A stretch of 64,000 nucleotides of DNA from Octopus vulgaris (lineage: Eukaryota): positions 51,646,001 through 51,710,000 of the forward strand of contig OX597831.1 in the NCBI GenBank assembly GCA_951406725.2. The letters run 5' to 3'. The notes below the pieces were generated by a model. It was not told where the DNA came from and ran no database searches. It saw only the letters and a program-made list of their open reading frames with translations. The position numbers and the translations under genes are program-made. Positions within the stretch are counted from its first letter, which is position 1. Each line of letters begins with the position of its first letter. Shown here one piece after another: positions 1 to 12,433 of the stretch.

Positions 1-2001
1 GGAAAATAAGCTTCTTACCACAGCCACACCTGCACCTATCACTTGGTTTTCTTTTTTTCTTTTTGAACTATTAGAAGTTATCAAAGAGCTCAGTATTTTT
101 GATTTCAGAGGAATGGGTAACTGGAGTAATGGCATTGAGGTGTTTTCCAAGAGTATGTGTAAAGCAAGAGAAACAGCAACAATCAGATGCTTTGAGTATA
201 TGTTTAGAAACAAACAGGTTCTTCTGTCAGGCTATAAAATATTTAATTAGAGAGCTTTTTGCATGTTTACACAAACTAATCAAATAGAATTCTTGTTTTA
301 TTGATGATGCACACATAGAAATACCAATTGAATAGAATTCTTGTTTTATTGTCAGACAAACAGAAAAAAGTACAAAAAAAAAAAAGAAGGAAGGAGAAAT
401 TGAAGAAACTTTTAAAGCTTCATCTTTATTAATGCATCCAATGTCTCTCAATATTACCAGATAAAAAATAGATACAGAAATGAGCCACAACACAAACTTA
501 GAGAAAAAATATATATTTATTAACGGCAAGAGATTTTTAATGCCATGATGTGAAAAATGTCCATTTACAGATGACTTAAAGAAAGAGAATTGTATGTAAG
601 TGTATGTGTGTTTAAGGTTCCTCTCACTCACCAAAAGTGGTGTCAAAATATAAACAGAAATGAAGGAGACAGTCCTTTATGTTAAATATAAACAACAAAG
701 AACACACCTTGAATATCAATTCTCTAATTTAATGTAGATGGAAGATTTAACTTGGTTGCTAAATAATAAATTCATCAACTTATATGAAGTGCTGCTCGAG
801 TTAATTTAGCTGGTTTAAAGCAAAATCTGCAAATCTTTATGGTTGAGTCACAAATCCTTGTTCAGATCTGTAGGCATTGCATAAATCTTCAGAGTTATAT
901 AGGAAAATGCTATCCATACACAGTACAGAATTAAAGCAGACTGATTCATCAAATATCCAAACTGCAGAAGACCTTAGACGATCACATATTCAGAAGATTT
1001 TGTTGGAAAATGTATTTGAAGCTACAAAGGATAATGTATACTATGTTCATTAAGCAAAGTAAATTGAAGAGTTTATCCAATTAACTAATTGCTCAATGAA
1101 TACAATGAAAAAAAAAAATAAAAAAAGAATGGTTTTCAAAACTAACTATTTGTATAGGTAATTACATTTCTTTAAAATGGTGATTTACCCAAATGAGCAA
1201 CATCAACCTTTCACTAATGACCTCATTTGTTTAGCGAATATTTTAAGTTAGGGAGATCTTTTTCAATCTCGGAAAATTTCCTTGAAAATAACAAGATCTA
1301 ATCCCAAATCAGATATAACTATGGTTGAATGGTTAAGATCTATTTGAGATCTTATGTCACTAATGCCTGTTTTGAGATGCAAATATTGAATATCTATTTT
1401 GATAATAATAATAAATAGTACACATTCCAAAACAGTCAAGTCTATAAAAAACGAAAAATATAAATAAAAAACTTACAAAATGCTTATAATTATATACTAC
1501 TTCCCATAAATCAGATTTCTTTCATTTAAAGATAAATAGTGAGTGTAAAATAAATCATTATAGTTTATAACTATAAACCAAAAATTAAGGGGTTACAATG
1601 ACCATTTGCCAAATACTAGTTAACTTTTAAAATGGAAGTGAAATCTCAAAGTTTTAAATAGAGATAAAAATCATTAAAATGAGAAATTTAAAACTTGGGG
1701 AGAGAAATCTTTCAGACACATGCATGTCATTTCAGTTTAATTTGCTTATATAAGCTTAATTAAATCAAAGATGATTATTTAATTTATTTGAAGCATTAGG
1801 AACCCTAAAAATAACACTGACATTGCTAATAGAAACTAATTCCTTCTTAGACTATAGTTCTATGAGGGCCTTGCTTTGCACCAAATCTAGTGAGAAAAGG
1901 AGGAAAAATAAAGTATGTTTTCAAAGTAATGGACGATATGTGTGACTTTAAACATGGTGTAGTAATGAAGACGTTCCTCCAATATTTAAGTCAGATTTTT
2001 A

Positions 2002-2141
2002 TCAACCATCTTGCTGTATAAAAGGATTTGGAATAGCTTCCATTCCATCAGCTGGACAAATAGATACTACTGAGGTTCCTCGACAAACTACTAAACCAAG
2101 TGTCCGGGTATCTTCAGTTAATTTGTATGGATCATCAGGGT
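2002..2141 (-). CDS. LSM7: LSM7 coding exon 4 (DPDDPYKLTEDTRTLGLVVCRGTSVVSICPADGMEAIPNPFIQQDG*)
   Basis: Hand translation; Sm2 motif LGLVVCRG and C-terminal EAIPNPF typical of LSM7; acceptor ttttccag, stop TGA 2004-2002. Joined CDS is 420 nt (139 aa). Absent from the supplied ORF track. Confidence 0.96.
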
Positions 2142-3939
2142 CTGGAAAAAAGACAAACAAATAAAAAAAATAAAATAGGAAGGGAAACCAAAAAATGGAA
2201 ATTTTTTTTTGTCACTGGGAATTAACGGAACAGAACAATGGCTAGGCTTCCACAACACAACACTGAATCTATAAATACTTCAAATGTAAACCTACTTAAA
2301 GTCACCATCACCACTGCCATTGCCACCATCATCATCATCATCATTTAACATTTACTTTCCCATGCCTGCATGATTTGAATGGAATTTGTTCAGACAGGTT
2401 TTCTAAAGCTGGATACCCTTTCTATTGTCAACCTTCATTTATTTCTAAACAAGGTAACATTTTTCTATGGCCAGACATGATTTTCACAGAAAACTGGAAA
2501 CAAACGCCACCACTTGTGTGACTGATACTCATTTACAACCATCACATGATGTCAAGACAAGGGTACACACAACACCCACACATGTATATGACAGGCTTTT
2601 TTCAGTTTTCTTCTACTAAATCCACTCACAACGATAATGGACTGAACCGTAACTAATCTGCACATCCTCTGATAACCTACAGATGGTGATTTGACCGTTT
2701 CCCCTCACAGCTGCACGTACATCTCCAACGTTTTTCTCAATTCTGCTGGTTGTAGGTCCCCAGAACATTCATCAATATCAACATTTTTTCAGCCATCTTG
2801 GAAACGTCTAAATCACTCGTACACTTGTGTGTGGCTCATACACTTTCTGCAACTTTACACAAGCCTTTGAGCAGTCATTGCCATGACAACTTTCTCTGTC
2901 ATGGTCAATGCGACAATCACATATCACATGTTACGTCAAAGCACTGCTATAAACAGCAGAAATGTGCTAGAATGTTAAAACTTAGTGCACATGCACATCA
3001 GAGATCAAGGTCAATCTGTGCTAAGCAGCTTCACTCTGTGTGCTTTAGCTTTGTTACTATGGTAACAGTCTGGATACTTATTGATCAAACCTCGTACATT
3101 AATAAGCAAATTTTTTTTGCGACCTTATTTCAGTAATTGCTAATTTCTGTTAATAATGGTAACTTTTAAGCAGTTTTATATTACCTGAGCAAAAGTATAT
3201 GTCTTAGGCAACTGAATATTCTCTTATAATTACAATGTACAAGTACCCCTCTCGTATGTTGGTGCCACAATGAAGAGCTAGCTTCATTAATCCATCTTCT
3301 GTGCACCCTTTGGGGACTGGGGAGCAAGCAAGGGTAGTGTTGAGATGTCCCTTAGTTCTGAAAACCTTCCTTGTGCTTGCACCAGAAAAGCATTCATACT
3401 GTTCACAATGCAAAAAGGATGGGAAATGAGCAAAGAAAGTATAAGGTCATGAGGACTTAGCAACTTGTCTAGTGCTGGTGCTACAAGAGAATGCACCCAG
3501 CATACTCTGCAAAGTGGTTGGCAATAGGAAGGGCATCCAGTCATAGAAATTAAAATGGCATGTACAAGCACCAGCCTATAAGAGCAGTGACTCCCAATAA
3601 AAAAAGACTTGAATCGTGATGACTCATCCAATCCATGCCAGTATGGAAAGCAGCCATAAAAGTGACGATGAAATGCAAGATTCAAAAGATTTTTCTCACA
3701 ATTCCTTTCCTCGTGAAATGAATGTGATTTATTGGTCTCTTTTGCTGAACCACAAAGCTATGAGGATGTAAAAAAATCAACCCTAGACTTCAAGCTGTGG
3801 TGGTTGGGGGACGGACATCACAAATTGACCTTGGACTCTGTTGTGCATGTGCATTAAGTTTTAATGTTGTAGCCCACTTCCGCTGTTTATAGCAGTGCTC
3901 AGTAGGAAGGTCTGTAGCACATGATCGTTGCATTGACCA

Positions 3940-4625
3940 TGACAGAGAAAGTCGTCCTGGTGATACCTGCTCAGAGGCTTACCCAAAGTTGCAGAAAGTG
4001 TATGGAGAGGAGTGTGTGAGCCGCACACAAGTGGATGAGTGTTTCAGACGTTTCCAAGATGGCTGGAAAAATGTCGATATTGATGAACATTCTGGGAGAC
4101 CCGCAACCAGAACTGAGAAAACATTGCAGATGTGCATGCAGCTGTGAGGGGAAAAGGTCAAATCACCATCCAGGAGTTATCAGAGGATGTGCAACTTGGT
4201 TACAGTTCAGTTCAGTCCATTATCATTGAAGATTTGGATATGAGACATGGGTCTGCCAAGTTTGTGACAAAATTGCTTTCAGCTGACCAAAAAGACATTC
4301 GGGTTTTAGTTGCACAAGATCCCTTCAAATGACATGAGAAGGATGAAAACTTTGTGTAAGCCCCTGAGTAGGTATTGCCAAGCTTCTGGCAAAAATTTGA
4401 TGCAGATTCTCTCCTCAACTTTCTCTGTTATGGTCAATGCGATGATCCCACACTACACACATTCCTTCAAAGCACTGCTGCAAACAGTGGAAGTGAGCTA
4501 GAATGTTAAAAATTAGTGCAGATGCACAGCAGAATTCAAGGCCAATCCACGCCAAGTGGCATCACTCTGTGTACTTTAGCTTTGTAACTATGGGAACGGT
4601 CTGGATACTTGTCGATCAGACCATG
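3940..4625 (+). mobile_element. Degenerate mariner transposase fragment (related mariner remnant at ~2700-3095)
   Basis: Frameshifted peptides LQKVYGEECVSRTQV..C.RF..G and ITIQELSEDVQLGYSSVQSIIIEDLDMRHGSAKFVTKLLSADQK are mariner HTH/linker-like; shared end sequence gtctggatactt.t.gatca.acc at ~3068 and ~4599. Confidence 0.75.
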
Positions 4626-4919
4626 TATGGATATACTTTGAGCTTCCACATAATTTCTGTCGATCAAATTCACTTAAAAAAATTGGTCGACCCAGAGCTA
4701 TAGTAGAAGGCACTTTCCCAAGGTGCTGCCCAGTAGGACAATGCAAAAGCATAAGGTTGCAAAGCTAGCTTCTTAACAAACAAAACCAAACACATTTGCA
4801 TCAGTGCAAAAATAATTAAGAGCGTAATCTTTTATCAGATGTCAAAATAAGTCAGTTTTATGTAAAAAGAAAAGTTTCGTGAACAATAAAAAAAAGAAAA
4901 ATGACAAACATAAGCTTAC

Positions 4920-4991
4920 CTCTAAGGTATTCAATTGTCCCATCTAACACAAGATTCAGTAAAGGATCATGACCTTTTAGAATACCACTTA
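4920..4991 (-). CDS. LSM7: LSM7 coding exon 3 (VSGILKGHDPLLNLVLDGTIEYLR)
   Basis: Sm1 motif G.LKG.D.LLNLVL; acceptor tttcag, donor G|GTAAGC, 72 nt, phase 1/1. Confidence 0.96.
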
Positions 4992-5150
4992 CTGAAATAA
5001 ATAAATAGAAATATTTATTAAAAGAAAAGTTTATAGAAATTAATATCTCAAGAACAAGAGATAATAGCTCCAAGATGACCAAAGCCTTGTGGGAGAATGT
5101 AGTAGATCGGGACTGAAAGAAGCCTGCTATGCATATGTAAATATATATAG

Positions 5151-5184
<34 letters not shown>

Positions 5185-5707
5185 ATGCACATACATCTGT
5201 GTATTTGTTTATATTTGCATTCTACAAATGTCACAAACAATATTGCTACTGTGACATCTCATCTCAATAAACTATCCACTCACTTTGCATCTTCAAAAGA
5301 TATGCGAAATAAGAGATCCTTTACTTGAAAACATGTAAGGGTTTGTAACAGGAAGCGAATTCAACTGGAAAAAAAAATCAATTCTACAATGATATATTCG
5401 TCTAACCTATGCTGGCATGGAAGAACAGATGACTAAACAGTATTTGACTGGTGTTTAGCTTATACTTAATGTTTTATATATGGAATAGAGAGAACTCAAA
5501 GATTCTCTTACAAACATACTAGTGCCTGTGATATGATAAAATGCACTTACTAAAGTGGGAAGGTAATCTATCAGTAAAAACCATGCCAAGACCCATAAAC
5601 TGTTGCTCATGTAAGTAAAAAAAACCCCAACAAAAATCAAAACAGAATGACCATCCTGATAATTCAAATATAATTATATATTAGCAACAGAGACAATATC
5701 AATACTG

Positions 5708-5872
5708 AGAGATAATATTTATCCTCGCTTAAATGTAGATGTTCTGTTAGAACAAAATATACTAGAGTAAAAACCATAAGAGAAACTATAAGAGTTTGTC
5801 TCATGGTATTTACTGCAGTATAGTCTGTTCTAACAGAACATCCACATTTAAATGGGGATAAATATTACCTCT
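5708..5872. repeat. Fold-back inverted repeat, ~80-bp imperfect arms
   Basis: 5708-5787 is the approximate reverse complement of 5794-5872, with a short loop; lies in LSM7 intron 2. Confidence 0.85.
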
Positions 5873-6654
5873 TAAATCTAATTGGAGAAGAGATTTTATA
5901 TGTTCATGCTCTCTGTAATAACAACTAGTGATTAATACAGGCAGAAATGAATGCAGAAGGTGGATGGAATTTACTGAGCTCCAACAAAAACAGCTGTATA
6001 AGAGACAGAAAGTGTCTCTCCATTTCAGAGAACATTATTTGAACCTTCAAACAATCTTCTCAGCAAGACTAAGTACATTGTATGCACACAAGGGCTATAT
6101 CATGTGTTGTGTGGTGAAAAGAATAATCGTTACGCAAGAAAAAGATTTAATACAAGTAAGTATCTCAAGAGAATGAAGTTTGATTAACAACTGAATTGTT
6201 ATGCTAATATGAAAGTAATAAGTCCATTGGAAATATGAAATAAAATATATCAAAATGAAAACAAAGCCCAAGCATCACACAAGAACACCTATGAACTTTT
6301 GAAGAAGCTAAAAAGAAAAGAAAAGAAAAAACCCATCAGATTTACATGGAAACAGAAATGAAATGTGTGTGACATTCAAGAACTTCCAAGGAAGATAATC
6401 TTTCATTTCAAAGTGCCCATATCTTATAATAATTCTGCTTGTTCCTACATTATTTAGCCCCGTAATGCTTCCATGTGATTAGTTGGGGAGGGAAGAGACA
6501 GGAGGGAGAGGCGGTGGTAAATGAAATGTGTAAATTTGTTTCTCCATTACTCGGCCCATCTGAAACGCTTTCATGTGATTAGTTAAAGGGAAAGGCAAAC
6601 GGCAAAATAAAAAGGAGGGTGCTATGTATTAAGTCTGTAAAATTGTGCATATAT

Positions 6655-6822
6655 GTATTTCTTTACAACCCACAAGGGGCTAAACACAGAGGGGACAAAC
6701 AGATTAAGTCGATTATATCGACCCCAGTGCGTAACTGGTACAACCCCGAAAGGATGAAAGGCAAAGTCGACCGTGGCAGAATTTGAACTCAGAACGTGCT
6801 AACGATTCTGCCAGCTTGCCGG
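6655..6822 (-). mobile_element. tRNA-derived SINE with Nin/Deu-like core (partial)
   Basis: Reverse complement contains ttctgagttcaaattc (B box) and gactttgcctttcatcctttcgggg; same family as 19808, 26015, 26232, 27012 and 51590. Confidence 0.7.
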
Positions 6823-7789
6823 CATTAAGTAATCATCGTATCCTAATTTCCTTCACTTTTCAATGATTAGCAGATGAGCAACTCTCTTTTGATACAGATA
6901 CAATACAGGCTATGCTTCCAGGTTTCTTGGATAAAGTTTTCAGAAATAACCCAGTAAGTTTACCATTAATTCCGTGAATTATTCATGGGTCCTGCTAGTT
7001 TAAATGAAAACTTTTCACCACAATTTTATACAAGAATCCTTATGTCCCAAACAAAGGCATATGAGGCCTAATTATTAGGGTGCTGCACTTACAATTGTTA
7101 GGTTATGGGTTCAATTGTTGGACTAGGTGATGCATTGTGCTCTTGAGCAAAGCACTTCATCTTGATTCAGTTAACTTAAGTGAAAATGAGTATCAGCGGT
7201 AGCTAGCAATTAACCCTGCAATGGACTGGTACCTTGATCTAAGGTGAAATCTTGTACTCTCCATTTCCTGGATAAGCTGTGGTCTTGTGAACCTGTAGGT
7301 TTGAAGCAGACTTTCTTTATCTTTTAATGTCCCAAAACACCAGCTTAGCCCTTTAACTAAGCTTATTGTCAAAAGTATTGATTATTTATTCCCACTGTTT
7401 CCTATCAATCATGCATTATGTTGTAGCTTTGAGATTTTGAAGAGCTAACTTAATTTTTAGAATGATATTGTAGGGTTGGTGTAAGAGGTCAGTTTGATCA
7501 TAAAACAGGTAAAATATTTTGATTGGGTATGGCTGGTTTAAATAACTTTGACAACATTATTTTACTAAATACCTCAGGTTCTTGATCATTTTTTAAAAAT
7601 TAATGTATTTTATTAACAATATAACCACAACAAAAGATTCAAGATTCCAGCCTAGAAAAGAAACCAAGTTGCAAACTTGACTAACCAGAAATTTAATCAT
7701 GCTCTTTGGTATTTGACTTCAGAATATAATTGTAATAAACAAACATTTAAGAGTAAAATGAAAAAAAAAACAACAAAAAAGTTACAGTT

Positions 7790-8121
7790 CTATATTTAAG
7801 AGATGAGGAATTATGTACATTATTTACATTTGATGGTATTAAGGAAGGATAGGAAAATATTAGAGTTATAAGCCCTAAAATTCACTCCATAATTGCCCAC
7901 AGGCATATGGCTTAGTGGTTACAAGCATGGGCTACTAACCCCAAGATTCTGAGTTTGATTCCAAGCAGTGACCTGAATAATAACATCGAAAAATACCTTA
8001 GTAATGAGAACCCAGGTTCGAAATTTCCCCAAGACGCCTGATGAAGGCTGGCGGGTATATCAACCGAAACGTGTTAACAATAAACAAGATGAGGCTAAAT
8101 ATCCGTCAAATGTAAATAATG
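7790..8121 (+). mobile_element. Composite element: tRNA-like head, hammerhead motif and PLE-type inverted tail
   Basis: A box TGGCTTAGTGG 7908-7918, B-box-like AGTTTGATTCC 7952-7962, CTGATGA 8038-8044 ... GAAAC 8066-8070; 8103-8121 is present inverted at 7818-7836. Confidence 0.65.
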
Positions 8122-8744
8122 AAAAAAATGTTATAGTGATTAAATAAAAATAAGAATGAATGCCAAGTTCAATAATAAGTTTATACATTAAAACTAGTTT
8201 TAATAATTCATATAAGAATGGGGAATCTCAGTGAGGTGAGTTGAAAATATGTTGGATTAATAGCTACAAGATTAGTGGTTCACAGCTTGTCACTAATAGC
8301 ATAGTGTGTCCACAAACATATCCATTTCTTTATAGTCCAGCCATGAGATAGTTTGCTGATGAAAGCTGCAGGAACATCATAAAATAGGCATTGAATTTAA
8401 GTATTTTCTCTTAGAAGTAAGTACTGTCAGGTTGATACACTACATGATGAGATCAATGGTCCACCAATCAGTCATCGTCGTCATCATCATCATTTAATGT
8501 CAGTTTTCCATGCTGGCATGGGTTGGATGGCTTGACCAGAGCTGGCAAGATCACGCTCCATTGTTGAGGTATGATTTCTATGCCTGGATGCCCCTCCTAA
8601 CACCAACCGCTCCACAGAGTGTATTGGGTGCTTTTTATGTGACACCAGTACCTGTGCTTTTAATGTGGCAATGATTTAGCATCAGATGAATAACATGGTG
8701 TAAAAAGAAAACAGAACAATATTTAGTAAGAAATAAGATGTTAC

Positions 8745-8850
8745 CTTCCCTACCGCCACTGAACTTTACGCGAATTCCTTTGTCCAAGTATTTAGACAAA
8801 TCTAAGATAGTCTCCTTTCTTTTCCGTTCTTTGTTCTTGTCAGTAACAGA
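8745..8850 (-). CDS. LSM7: LSM7 coding exon 2 (SVTDKNKERKRKETILDLSKYLDKGIRVKFSGGRE)
   Basis: Peptide matches the LSM7 N-terminal Sm1 region (KKESILDLSKYIDKTIRVKFQGGRE type); acceptor ttcccaacag, donor G|GTAACA, 106 nt, ends phase 1. Confidence 0.95.
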
Positions 8851-9360
8851 CTGTTGGGAAAGAATGAACAAACTGGTGAGATAAAAAGTTATCGAAGCCA
8901 GATAGGTTAAGGATAAAAAAAATAATAAATAAAATAAACAAAAATCATGGAACAACTGTTGATTTTATTTTGAGTACAATTGAATGTAAACATGTTTACA
9001 CTTACCCAATTTCCTGTCCTCAAAACCATTGCATTTTTACTTCCATGTTAAATATTTAACTAGTCTCTCTTCCCTAAGAATATATCTCCCTAGAACTTCA
9101 TTTGTAACCAGTTTTTTTAATTTTTACATTTTGATCATTAACAATCATCAATTACTGAATTGCCCTTTATTTCGACCCCAGTTCTTTCTTCTTTGGGACA
9201 ACACCGAGAATAAGCCAGTACCTGAACATCATAAGACTTACTAAGAACCAGAGTTCTAAGTAAGACTTTTAAAAAATCCTGCTTTTCAATACTTTGCATT
9301 AGATGTCACCTTTTTTTCATTTCTTGTACCTCTATCTGGCTGGGTAACCACATACCTCCT

Positions 9361-9785
9361 CTATAGCAATACATCTGTTTCTGTCTCCCTGTCACACTCA
9401 AACCTATTATCATCTGACACAAGATTTCCTCCTCCAATACCCCCTCCCCTCTCAAAATTCCTTTTCCGGCAATTTACTTGGTGGCCCTGCCAGTGTTGGT
9501 GCCATGTAAAAAGCATATAGTCTACATTGTAAAGTGGTTGGCATTTGGAAGGGCATCCAGCTGTAAAGATCATGCCAAGACTGACCTTGCCTGTGCTTGT
9601 ACCATGTAAAAAGCACTCAATCCACTCTGCAGAGAGGTTGCTGCTAGGAAAGGCATCTGGCTGTAAAAACCTTGCCAAAACAGAGACACAGTAGCCTGAG
9701 GTAGTCTTCTACCTGGCCAGCTCCTGTCAACCGTCCTATCCATGCATGCATGGAAGACGGATGTTAAATGTTGATAATGATGATG
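9361..9785 (+). mobile_element. SINE with GGAAGGGCATCCAGC core and (GAT)n tail (other copies ~2325-2560, 3480-3670, 8472-8650, 28712-28887, 31765-32070, 34378-34665, 38328-38605)
   Basis: Recurrent tggttggc.ttaggaagggcatccagctgta core and cccatgc.agcatggaa...gacgttaaa.gatgatgatg 3' end seen in many copies in the window. Confidence 0.75.
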
Positions 9786-11055
9786 TCTCTTCTGACATAA
9801 ACTAAATATGCTTTTGAATGTACTTTATTGCTAATTTAGGTGGTGATGGTTGGGGGGGGGGGGGGGTTGTAAGGAGAAAGTATACAACACAGTATGTGTG
9901 AAACTACTATTGTTGAACATGGAACTGGATGTTTTATCAGTAACTAGATCTAAGTACTGTTCCAAGTTCAACTCTTACCAGGCAAAATCCAGATATTGAT
10001 GCTTGTTATTTTTTTTGGACAATTTTAATAACTCTACTTTCTTACTTAAAGAAATTTGGTATTCTTTCGGTATTGGTACTTTAATTGGGTTTCAGATTCA
10101 ATGAATTAGTTTTGAATTCTGTACTGCAATTTAAGTTTCAATGATTAAACAAGACTTGGTATAATTTATAGAGCAATATGAGGTACTTTAGACGATTCCT
10201 TCGCTATATATTGGTAAGAGTTTCTGGTGGAGTTTTGGAATGGCTACCTCTCGGAGTACCATATTTCATAAGGAAGGAAAGAGTATGAAAGTGAGGAAAT
10301 CTAAACATTTTAAAGACTATAAGATATGCGACTTTAAAGTACAAACATTCTAAAATTCTGCGGAGTTTCTTTGGTGACCATTGCACAAGTACTCTCTCTT
10401 TGGTTTCATTTTCTCGTAAGACATTATTACAATCACGGGCAAATTGCGACTGGCGGGACTTTCTTAATGGCACACCTGAGCCGTGCCGTACTCTGTAATT
10501 TATGCTGAAAAACACGACTAATTAATTGTACCAATAGCAAATAATTAATGCACCAATACCGAAAGAAAACGAGAAATTTTACATAAGAGTCTCTTGTTTC
10601 AAAGTAACCAACACAGTAGATTTATGGGAAATGAGGTAGTTTTATGAAAACGAATAACCAACAAATCTATTAGAAATTATAACTCTACCTCCTAATTTGA
10701 ATCCTGTTTTAACATTGTACATTCATTATATTAAAACATCAAGCTTAGTATATATATAAACAGCCGAAATCACTAAGATGATCCGGTTCCCGACTGAAGA
10801 TTAGAGGCTTCGAGTGACCCGTCGGTTTTTTGTGTCGTCTCCTTGTGTGTTTTTGCGTTCTTGTCCCACTTTGTAATTTATATTTTATATTAAATTCTAT
10901 ACATATATATATATATATGACCATTTTCAAAGAGAGAAAACATTTCCATTTTGTATGTTAAACGACATGTGCGTGTTTGTAAGTTATATTCCCTAAAGAT
11001 AATGGGTATTACAAAAATGGAAACTAAATGAAAAGGATTTAAAATTTATAATGAC

Positions 11056-11157
11056 CTGTTGTTGCTGCTGCTGTTGTTGTTGTTGCTGTTGCTGCGGTTG
11101 TTGTGGAGGTTGCGATTCCGCAGGAGCGGCGCGTTTTTGTTGTTGTTGAAGCGACAT
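11056..11157 (-). CDS. LSM7: LSM7 coding exon 1 (MSLQQQQKRAAPAESQPPQQPQ13), poly-Q N-terminal extension
   Basis: ATG at 11157-11155 in AAAATGT context; 102 nt, phase 0; donor CAG|GTCATT splices in frame to exon 2. The donor is non-optimal and the peptide is not part of the conserved Sm fold, so this exon is less certain than the others. Confidence 0.7.
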
Positions 11158-11475
11158 TTTGGATATGAAGGACCCTTCTAGCAACGAACTAGCCGCTTAT
11201 GATGTTGAGATAAAAACCAAAAAAAAAAGCTTGTTAACACGGACTACTGTCAGTTATTTCATGAAGAATGTCAACAATGTTGTTAATTATATCTGCAATC
11301 AGATAACGTTTAATTATATCTGCAAATCAGATAACGTTTCACGCGAATAAATATCGCTTCATCAATAGTCATTGCAATTTAAAATATTGGCTAAAATTAA
11401 TAAGTAGTAAGGAGTTATCTCCCATTAATCATATTTTACTCTAATTTATTCATACATACATACATACATACATAT

Positions 11476-11829
11476 ACTCTTTTAATTGTTTCAGTCATTT
11501 GACTATGGCCATGCTGGAGCACCGCCTTTATTTGAGCAAATCGACCAAACGAAATTATTCTCTGTTCGCCTAGTACTTATTCTATCGGTCGCTATTGCTG
11601 AACCGCTAGGTTACGGGGACGTAGACACACCAGCATCGGTTGTCAAGCGATGTTGGGGGGGGGGGACACAAACACAGACATATGCACAAACACACACACA
11701 CACATATACCACGGGCTTTGGTCGGCTCGAGGCTATAGTAGAAGACACTTGCCCAAGGTGCCATGCAGTGGGACTAAACCCGGAACCATGTGGTTGGTAA
11801 GGAAGCTACTTACCATACACCCACTCCTA
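11476..11829 (-). mobile_element. Abundant ~400-bp tRNA-derived SINE (family of 59977-60381)
   Basis: Reverse complement of the copies at 59977 and 62835, with internal deletions. Confidence 0.85.
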
Positions 11830-11834
11830 TATAT

Positions 11835-12358
11835 ATAATCAAAATAAGCAACAAGTATATCCAAAGTAGAGTAGTACAATTGTTTCATGCTACTTCATTT
11901 TATTAAACACTGTAAGTATTACATCAGTTTTAAAATGTCGAGCAATCTTCACCCACTTATAGAATTTTCCAATTAAACGGACAATGCACATTCTTATCCC
12001 CGGAGAGTGAACAATCTACTATCATGTTCTTAAGAATGAAATCAACCTCTCTGTCTGTATACCTACCCTCTTTATAATGTTGGCAAATGAAACAGGGATA
12101 AGAATGTGCATTGTCCGTTTAATTGGAAAATTCTGTAAGTGGCTGAAGATTGCTCGACATTTTAAAACTGATGTAATACTTACAGTATTTAATAAAATGA
12201 AGTAGCATGAAACAATTGTACTACTCTACCTTGGATATACTTGTTGCTTATCTTGACTATAATCATCCCATTTGATTTATATGGATAATATCATACAAAA
12301 TTCTGGTACCTTTAACTTAAATACCATATTCATCTGAATCTAAATTTTGCTAAACTTA
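11835..12358 (+). mobile_element. Non-coding Penelope-like remnant: 166-bp inverted repeat carrying a hammerhead, followed by (TA)n
   Basis: Arms 11835-12000 and 12095-12260 are near-perfect reverse complements; hammerhead in right arm; unique tail to ~12358 then (TA)n. Confidence 0.75.
12138..12225 (+). ncRNA. Type I hammerhead ribozyme with extended stem II (predicted)
   Basis: Stem I AGTGG/CTACT; core CTGAAGA 12143-12149; stem II TGCT...AGCA; GAAA 12209-12212; palindromic stem III ACAATTGT; GUA triplet, predicted cleavage after 12220. Confidence 0.8.
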
Positions 12359-12376
12359 TATATATATATATGTGTG

Positions 12377-12430
<54 letters not shown>

Positions 12431-12433
<3 letters not shown>

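Noticed and set aside
227-646. 139-aa hydrophobic minus-strand ORF downstream of LSM7
   Set aside because: T-rich low-information sequence with a local duplication, a non-ATG start and no recognisable homology.
10204-10515. 103-aa minus-strand ORF in LSM7 intron 1
   Set aside because: No recognisable motif, non-ATG start, and no need for it in the LSM7 reading frame.
10760-10870. Hammerhead-like CTGAAGA motif in a repeat shared with 13120-13222
   Set aside because: No intact GAAA box or convincing stem II after the core in either copy; probably a PLE pLTR piece but not callable as a ribozyme.
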